A stretch of 64,000 nt of DNA from Longimicrobiales bacterium (GTDB lineage Bacteria > Gemmatimonadota > Gemmatimonadetes > Longimicrobiales > Gaopeijiaceae), in assembly GCA_965249725.1 (NCBI GenBank), contig CBDFMQ010000002.1:2208001-2272000 (forward strand), written 5' to 3'. Every line of letters starts with the position of its first letter. Position 1 is the first letter of the stretch. Below are positions 57,773 through 64,000 of this stretch, piece after piece. The notes under the pieces are model-generated. The model did not search any database, was not told where the DNA came from, and saw only the letters and a program-made list of their open reading frames with translations. The position numbers and the translations under genes are program-made.

Positions 57773-60061
57773 ATGAGCCCCATACGCAAACTCCTTACCG
57801 AAGCGCACCGTCGGGGCCTGCTGCGTGTGTTGGGGATCTTCGTAGGCGGGGGCTGGGGTGTGCTCCAGGTCCTCGATCTCTTCATCGAGCGAGGTTTCGT
57901 GCCCGAGTGGGTCTTTGAGGGGGCGCTCCTCGCGCTGGTCCTTGGGCTGCCGGTCGTTCTGACGACGGCGTTCGTCCAAGGGGGCCGAAGAGCCGCCGAG
58001 GCGGCAGAGGGCGAGAGAGCAGAACCGTCGGACGCCGAGCACGGGCTCGACGTAGCGGACTTCTTCACATGGAATCGGGCGATCCTCGGTGGGGTGCTCT
58101 CGTTCGCCCTTCTCGGCGTCGCGGCGTCGGGCTACATGGTCATGCGCGTCACCGGGATCGGGGCACCTGCGACCCTAGCGGCGCAGGGCGTTTTTGAGGT
58201 CGGAAGTCGTGTCGTGCTCGCGGACTTCGAGAGCTCGGCCGGTGACGTCGCCCCCGGTGACCTCGTGACCGAGGCGCTTCGTATCGATCTGGAGCAGTCG
58301 ACGGCCCTCACGCTGGTTGAATCGAGCGAAATCTCCTCAACGTTAGAGCGCATGCTGCGTGAGTCGGGGGAGTCCATGACGGAGGAAGTCGCCCTCGAGG
58401 TCGCGATACGTACAGGCGCGGCTGCGGTCATCAGTGGAGAAATCGGCCGACTCGGCGCCGCCTTCGTCCTCACCGCCCGGATCCTGGAAGCGGAATCGGG
58501 TGACGGGTTGGCTTCCTTTCGCGTCACTGCAAGCGATGCCGACGACCTGATCGGCGCGATCGACGACCTCTCAGCGAAAGTGCGGAGCAAGGTCGGCGAG
58601 TCTTTGCGGTCGGTCGCGACGACCGAGCCTCTGACGCGGGTAACGACCACCTCACTCGAGGCGCTTCGAAAGCACACGGCTGCCGTTCACAACGTCGGAC
58701 GTGGAGCGATATCGCCCTCCACCGCCCAGCAGCTACTGTTGGATGCCGTCCGTCTCGACTCGACGTTCGCGGCCGCATACCGCCCACTCTCCGTGATCAT
58801 TCGCAACTACGGTGGTGACCGAGAACTGGCGCAGACCGCTGCCGAAGCCGCCTTCCGTCATCGGGAGCGTCTTCCTGAGCGGGAACGGCTCATCGTCGAG
58901 GCCAGCTATCACACGTTCAGCTCTGGAGATGAAGGCAGGGCGATCCGGGCCTATCGGGCGCTCTTGGCTCTCGATTCGACTGACGCAACGGCCGCCGGAA
59001 ACCTCTCGGACGCGCTCATGTACGCCGGGCAGTACGAGGAGTCGGTTCGCGTCCTACACCGGACCCCCAACTGGGAGAACCAGCCCTACACGTGGAATCT
59101 CACCACGTCGCTTGTCGCGTTGAACCGCCTGGATGAGGTGCTGGCCGCGCGCGATACGGCAGAGACCGCCCAACCGAACAACCCCTATAGTGCAGCGACC
59201 AGGACGCTGGCCCTCGCGATGTCGGGCGAGGTGGAGGCCGCTCGGACCGCGATCGAGGGTTCCCCGGAGGCGTCGGATCCGGGTGACCTCTGGCGCTCCT
59301 ACGTGAGGGGGGTGATCCATGTCCTCTCGGGCGAGTTGAGGAGCTGGGATCGGGGCGCCCAGCTCCGCGACGCGATCTACGTCGACGCTCAGGACTCCTC
59401 CGGTCGCCTGCACTACGGCTTGGCCGGGCCCTGGGTCACGGCTTGGGTGCGCGGAGACCCTACCCGAGCCGCACGTGAGTTGGAGGCTCATCTCGCGCGG
59501 ATGGACCTCCCCTCCCTGTCCCCGTTCAATCGCAACTACCCGCAGATCGGTCTGACGTACGCGATGCTGGCGGACGAGACCGCGGCGAGAGAGATGCTCG
59601 ACCTCTACCATGTGGAGGCCGCATCTATTGCCGATCCCGCCTCCAGGAGTCGCGTGCAGATCGCTGAGGCTCTCCTGAGTGTCCAAGCGCGCGGAGCCGC
59701 TGGTCTCGTCGATCTCGAGGCGGCGGTCCGATCAGACCGCTGCGCGCGCTGCCGAGATTTCTATCTCGGACACGGCTATGAGCTCACCGATCGAACCGAG
59801 CAGGCCATCGACGCCTACGAGCGCTACCTCGCCTTCCCGTTCTACGACGGGGACACCTACGTGACACACCTGTTCACGTCTGCCGTGCATGAGCGGCTTG
59901 GCCGCCTGTACGAAGAGGCCGGGAATGCTGAGCAGGCCAGTGAGCACTATCTGCGCTTCGCCGAGCTGTGGGCCAACGCGGACCCGGACCTCCAGCCACG
60001 CGTGCGTCAGGCTGCTGAGCGAGCTGCGGCCCTTCAGCCGCCCGCTCGGCGGACCAACTAG
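57773..60061 (+). CDS. Membrane-anchored TPR-repeat protein
   Basis: N-terminal TM helices, VTTTSLEALR, DSTFAAAY, ELWANADPDLQPRV. Confidence 0.75.
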   Translation: MSPIRKLLTEAHRRGLLRVLGIFVGGGWGVLQVLDLFIERGFVPEWVFEGALLALVLGLPVVLTTAFVQGGRRAAEAAEGERAEPSDAEHGLDVADFFTWNRAILGGVLSFALLGVAASGYMVMRVTGIGAPATLAAQGVFEVGSRVVLADFESSAGDVAPGDLVTEALRIDLEQSTALTLVESSEISSTLERMLRESGESMTEEVALEVAIRTGAAAVISGEIGRLGAAFVLTARILEAESGDGLASFRVTASDADDLIGAIDDLSAKVRSKVGESLRSVATTEPLTRVTTTSLEALRKHTAAVHNVGRGAISPSTAQQLLLDAVRLDSTFAAAYRPLSVIIRNYGGDRELAQTAAEAAFRHRERLPERERLIVEASYHTFSSGDEGRAIRAYRALLALDSTDATAAGNLSDALMYAGQYEESVRVLHRTPNWENQPYTWNLTTSLVALNRLDEVLAARDTAETAQPNNPYSAATRTLALAMSGEVEAARTAIEGSPEASDPGDLWRSYVRGVIHVLSGELRSWDRGAQLRDAIYVDAQDSSGRLHYGLAGPWVTAWVRGDPTRAARELEAHLARMDLPSLSPFNRNYPQIGLTYAMLADETAAREMLDLYHVEAASIADPASRSRVQIAEALLSVQARGAAGLVDLEAAVRSDRCARCRDFYLGHGYELTDRTEQAIDAYERYLAFPFYDGDTYVTHLFTSAVHERLGRLYEEAGNAEQASEHYLRFAELWANADPDLQPRVRQAAERAAALQPPARRTN

Positions 60062-61398
60062 AACGCCCACCAAAGACGGAGTCCGACGCGTCGCTCGTCC
60101 CCGTCGTCCGCCTCGGCCTGAACTTGCTGGTAGGCAGACAGCAACAGCCCGGCGTTCCGCACCACTCGATACCCCAACGACCCTTCGTAGCGGTATACGT
60201 CGTGGTCCCAATCAGCCGTGCCGCCCGGCAGGGGTGAGGCAGGACCCAGCCCGTCATCGATGGCCCGGAAGTCGATCAGGCCACCGCGCACGGCAGCGAA
60301 GAAGCCGGCCGCCAAGTCCCGCTGCACCTCCAGGTTGATGCTGACCTCCATGGGCCTGCCCACGACGTTCGGCACCTCCCAACGGTCGACAAGCGCCTCC
60401 ACGCGTACCACCGTCGGTCCGCGCTCGAGGCTGATATCCGCGGAGAACAACTCCTGATCGAACTCCCGGCGTCCTGGCGCTTCGGTACCGAGGGGGGAAC
60501 CTGGAGGCGGCCGGATCGTACCGTCGATGATGTCCTCCATCCACGGACCTCGATTGTACGCGATGCCGATTTCCAGCGACGCGGACGGTCTCATGCGCGC
60601 ACCCACGACCCATGAGGGGCGCTCGAACCGACTCCATTTAAACCTCCAGGACTTGGGCCCGCTCGACGGCGCACTGTTCATGGCGGCGGCACGGAGATCG
60701 AGGGGACCGAGCCTGCCGAACACCATCGCGCCCCACTGGTACGGTACCTCCCACACGGGCGGTGACCCGGGACGGTCGACATCCTCCGGTGCATCTTTCC
60801 AGTACAAGAAGTCCGGAGCGTCCATGGGCGCCCGCCAACGATTCATCACGGATCGGTATTCATAGGCGAGCGGCGGCCCGATGAAGTAGTCGACCGTCGA
60901 GAGGTGCCACGTCGGGTACGCACCAAAGGGTGTTGCGAAGCGGCCGGCCTGAATGCCCACGGCCGCTGAGCCGCTCACGAGCCTCACAAAGGCCTGCTTG
61001 ATTTCAGACCGCGGCGAGCCGTCCACCGCATCCGAACCACCGTCGCTCCGGAGCTCTAAGAGCGAATAGAGGTGATCGCCGAGGAACAGATCCGCGAAGA
61101 TCCGCAGCCGGTGTGTACCAAGCGCGTCCTCGGCTCGACGAAGCTGTCTCGCGACGTTGACATGACAGGTCTCACAATCCGTGTTTGAAGGCGTGGCCCC
61201 CCATGCGCGGGTGATGTGCATTGCCTCTAGATCAAGTTGGCCAGACACGGAGACCTGAAAGCCGCCAGAGCTCGAGATGTACTCGGCGCCGAGGGCGGGG
61301 AACTCGGGGAGCTGCGCGGTGGCCCCCGAGGAGAGCCCTGCGCCCGCGACCAGCCCCACACTAAGCGCCGAGGGAATGCGGGTCAGCCACCCCCTCAA
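60058..61398 (-). CDS. Putative outer-membrane beta-barrel with a CxxCH motif
   Basis: Signal peptide, QAGRFATPFG, C-terminal LWWAF; CETCH at 61162-61176; start uncertain. Confidence 0.65.
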   Translation of the reverse strand: MRGWLTRIPSALSVGLVAGAGLSSGATAQLPEFPALGAEYISSSGGFQVSVSGQLDLEAMHITRAWGATPSNTDCETCHVNVARQLRRAEDALGTHRLRIFADLFLGDHLYSLLELRSDGGSDAVDGSPRSEIKQAFVRLVSGSAAVGIQAGRFATPFGAYPTWHLSTVDYFIGPPLAYEYRSVMNRWRAPMDAPDFLYWKDAPEDVDRPGSPPVWEVPYQWGAMVFGRLGPLDLRAAAMNSAPSSGPKSWRFKWSRFERPSWVVGARMRPSASLEIGIAYNRGPWMEDIIDGTIRPPPGSPLGTEAPGRREFDQELFSADISLERGPTVVRVEALVDRWEVPNVVGRPMEVSINLEVQRDLAAGFFAAVRGGLIDFRAIDDGLGPASPLPGGTADWDHDVYRYEGSLGYRVVRNAGLLLSAYQQVQAEADDGDERRVGLRLWWAF

Positions 61399-61556
61399 GG
61401 GAAGTTCGTCCCGGCCGCTCGTAGGCCGTCTGGACCGGTGTATTTCTGGGCTTGCGCTATAGACGGGAGCACGAACAACGCGATGAGAATAGAAACGACG
61501 GAACGTTGCATGATGACCTCTGGAGTCGAGATGGATCAGGTAACGGGGTCTTGGAG

Positions 61557-62297
61557 TCAGTGGCTGAGAATCTTGCCGACGAACTCCTGGCACCGCGCCG
61601 TCTGAGGGTTGTTGAAGATCCGGTCCGCGGAGCCTTCCTCGATCACCTTGCCTCGATCCATCATGACGACCTTCGTGGAGATCTCACGAACCAATCCCAT
61701 CTCGTGAGAGACGATCAGCATGGTCATCCCGTCGGCGGCCAAGATGCGGATCGCGTCGAGCACCTCACTGACCAGCTCAGGATCGAGCGCCGACGTCACC
61801 TCGTCCAGAAGTAGGATGTCCGGCTTGAGCGCCAGGGCCCGAGCGATCGCCACCCGTTGCTGCTGGCCGCCTGACAGCTCGTCAGGATACGCGTGCAGCT
61901 TGTCGCCGAGACCCACCTTCTGGAGAAGAGCGGTCGCTTCCTCCTCGACCTCGCGGGCATTGCGCTTGCGTATCTTGACCGGTGCGACTGTCACATTGCG
62001 CAGTGCGTCCATGTTCTGAAACAGGTTGTATTGCTGAAAGACGATGGCCAGCCGCTCCCGGAGCGCCTTCACGCTCTTCTTGTTCCCGTAATCGATCTTC
62101 TCTCCGTCCAGTATCACCGCGCCGGACTTCGGCACCAGGAGCCCCATGAGGCTCCTCAACAACGAGCTTTTCCCCGAGCCCGAAGGGCCGATCACGCTGA
62201 CGATCTCTCCCTTCCCGACCTGAATGCTGACTTCGTCGAGTACCAGATTCTTCCCGTCGTAGCTCGCAGTGAGGCGGTCGATTTCTAGGTGGTGCAT
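61557..62297 (-). CDS. Polar amino acid ABC transporter ATP-binding protein
   Basis: GPSGSGKS, LSGGQQQRVAIARAL, DEVTSALDPE, HEM. Confidence 0.95.
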   Translation of the reverse strand: MHHLEIDRLTASYDGKNLVLDEVSIQVGKGEIVSVIGPSGSGKSSLLRSLMGLLVPKSGAVILDGEKIDYGNKKSVKALRERLAIVFQQYNLFQNMDALRNVTVAPVKIRKRNAREVEEEATALLQKVGLGDKLHAYPDELSGGQQQRVAIARALALKPDILLLDEVTSALDPELVSEVLDAIRILAADGMTMLIVSHEMGLVREISTKVVMMDRGKVIEEGSADRIFNNPQTARCQEFVGKILSH

Positions 62298-63211
62298 GGG
62301 ACGGAGATCCGGAACAGCTCTCCGGGATTGGTCGAGTTCATCGTGCGGATCTCCCCTTCACTGAAACCGGCGCTCTCCAAGAGCAACATGTACTCCCGAA
62401 ACGCCTCGACCGGCGGCGGCAGCAGGAAGATACCCGCGTCGCTCGAGACAATGGCCCCTTCGGGGGTCGCGGCCCGAATCCTCGGAGCCATCTCGTCGAT
62501 GGTCATGCCCTTCGCTCGGTGCTTTTCCTTGTCCACGTGGGTCAAGCCCACCTGCGTCGCATGCGTCAGGACGAAGAACGAAAATTCGGCATACGCACCG
62601 GCGGCGACGATGGCCTTAATCTCATCTTCGGCGTAGCGTGCCGCATGGGTCCGCAGTCGCTTGAGTCCTCTCCGCTGCCCTTCCTCGACCAACGCGACGG
62701 CTTCGTGCCCGGCGACATGACCGCAGTCGAAGACCGCATCTGCCTCGGCGACCAGATCCATGATCTCCAGCACCACGTCCGGCACCTTGCCCGACTTCGG
62801 CACCGAGAAGGTCGTCTCGAGGAATCCAGGACTTCGGCCCTCACGCTCGGCGACATGCCGCGTGTGATGGGTTGGCAGCGAGACGAAGCGAGCGCCCGGT
62901 CCCGGTCCGTACCCGTATGCCAATGCCGTGCGTGCGGCCTCGACCGTGACCCCGCCAGCCATCGGCTGCATGATGATCCCCCCGAACACCTCGACGCCCA
63001 AGGACCCGAGTTCGGCCATGGCCAGCGCGGCAAGGCCTGAGCTGTTGCCGAAGTTGTCCATCAGGCCGATGGCACGAATGCCGGCGTCTGCCGCTTGTCG
63101 TGTCGCCTCGAACACGTTGATCGACCGGCCGTTGATGTGCGGGCAGACATGGGTATGGCAGTCGATCGCACCTCGTAGATACTGCATCCCGGGACTCGTC
63201 GATGTCGTCAT
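62285..63211 (-). CDS. Metal-dependent TIM-barrel hydrolase (DUF6282-like)
   Basis: AIDCHTH, CGH, TH, SSDAG, NP. Confidence 0.75.
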   Translation of the reverse strand: MTTSTSPGMQYLRGAIDCHTHVCPHINGRSINVFEATRQAADAGIRAIGLMDNFGNSSGLAALAMAELGSLGVEVFGGIIMQPMAGGVTVEAARTALAYGYGPGPGARFVSLPTHHTRHVAEREGRSPGFLETTFSVPKSGKVPDVVLEIMDLVAEADAVFDCGHVAGHEAVALVEEGQRRGLKRLRTHAARYAEDEIKAIVAAGAYAEFSFFVLTHATQVGLTHVDKEKHRAKGMTIDEMAPRIRAATPEGAIVSSDAGIFLLPPPVEAFREYMLLLESAGFSEGEIRTMNSTNPGELFRISVPCTT

Positions 63212-63242
63212 TTTTCACGTCGGTTGGAGTGGTTGGTCGCTG

Positions 63243-63986
63243 TCATGCAGCACCGGCCTCGGGAAGCAGCGCGTGGGGCGGCGGTGGGTCGCCCGACTTC
63301 CAGCCACGAGGCCGCTCCAGCTTCTTCTCGAGCCTTCGTGCGTAGAGGTTGAGCGGGTAGCAGATGAGGAAATATAGAACGAGCAGTGACCCGAAGCTCA
63401 GGACGGGCGAGAACCCCTTCTGGTTCAGGACCTTCGCGGCGTAGGTCAACTCGAAAACGGAGATTTGCGAGGCGATCGACGTCGACTTGATGAGGCCGAC
63501 CGTGAAGCTCAGTGCTGGCGGCAGAATGACCTTCCACGACTGCGGCAACGCCCAGAGTCTGAGGCTCATGACGCCGCCCATGTTCATGGATTCCGACGCG
63601 TCCCACTGACTCTCGGGTAATGACTCGAGCCCAGCGCGTATGATCTCCGCTGAAAAGGCCGCTGCGGCCAGCGCAACCGTGGTCGCCGTGACGGTGAACA
63701 TGGAGACGCTGAGACCGACTACCTCAAAGGCGAAAAAGACCACCATCAGCTTTACCAGGAAGGGAACCCGCCGGAACGTCTCGCTAAACCCGACGGACAG
63801 GACGCGCGCGGGCAACAAGTCAACCACATGGCGGTTACGAATGAAGGCAAGCAGCGAGCCAACGGAGTACCCGATGACGCAGCCGACGATCGACAGGGCC
63901 ACGGTCGCGCCAAAGGCCTTGGCCAGAAACGCCATATTTGAATACGACAGGAAAAGTGGCAGCTGCTCCAGGAGGGACCCACCCAT
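63243..63986 (-). CDS. Polar amino acid ABC transporter permease
   Basis: FRRVP, AEIIRAG, LPQ...ILPP, IKSTS, YFLICYP. Confidence 0.92.
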   Translation of the reverse strand: MGGSLLEQLPLFLSYSNMAFLAKAFGATVALSIVGCVIGYSVGSLLAFIRNRHVVDLLPARVLSVGFSETFRRVPFLVKLMVVFFAFEVVGLSVSMFTVTATTVALAAAAFSAEIIRAGLESLPESQWDASESMNMGGVMSLRLWALPQSWKVILPPALSFTVGLIKSTSIASQISVFELTYAAKVLNQKGFSPVLSFGSLLVLYFLICYPLNLYARRLEKKLERPRGWKSGDPPPPHALLPEAGAA

Positions 63987-64000
63987 CAGACGAGCCTCGC

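Noticed and set aside
56465..58042. 525-aa minus-strand ORF
   Set aside because: Antisense to the 2OG-Fe(II) oxygenase and TPR genes, with no motifs

Overview
A GC-rich bacterial window. PadR plus duplicated orphan ABC permease pairs and many signal-peptide proteins suggest Gemmatimonadota or a similar lineage (inference). The backbone (about 1-23.3 kb and 44.3-64 kb) encodes peptide and amino-acid catabolism, three MacB-like duplicated permeases, regulators and an amino-acid ABC transporter. It surrounds an accessory island (about 23.3-44.3 kb) containing IS91/ISCR-like and IS110 transposase remnants, an AT-rich methyltransferase and a cluster of large secreted or outer-membrane proteins of unknown function. 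The ORF track misses three main signals. (1) Three genes are interrupted by in-frame UGA codons, each followed 10-14 nt later by a stem-loop, so they are candidate selenoproteins: a UxxC peroxiredoxin-like protein, an ArsM-like methyltransferase, and an approximately 1064-aa membrane-anchored FG-GAP/U/ASPIC-UnbV/TlpA fusion next to a DsbD-alpha-like gene. (2) An unannotated 32-codon Cys-rich leader ORF with antiterminator/terminator geometry lies upstream of an orphan ATP-grasp ligase, a candidate cysteine-sensing attenuator. (3) A collinear IS91-family transposase is split by about 12.4 kb of cargo, and there are two identical 22-nt oriIS-like motifs. Several apparent frameshifts suggest consensus errors or gene decay. 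No rRNA, tRNA or CRISPR array was seen. All family calls come from motif recognition, not database searches.
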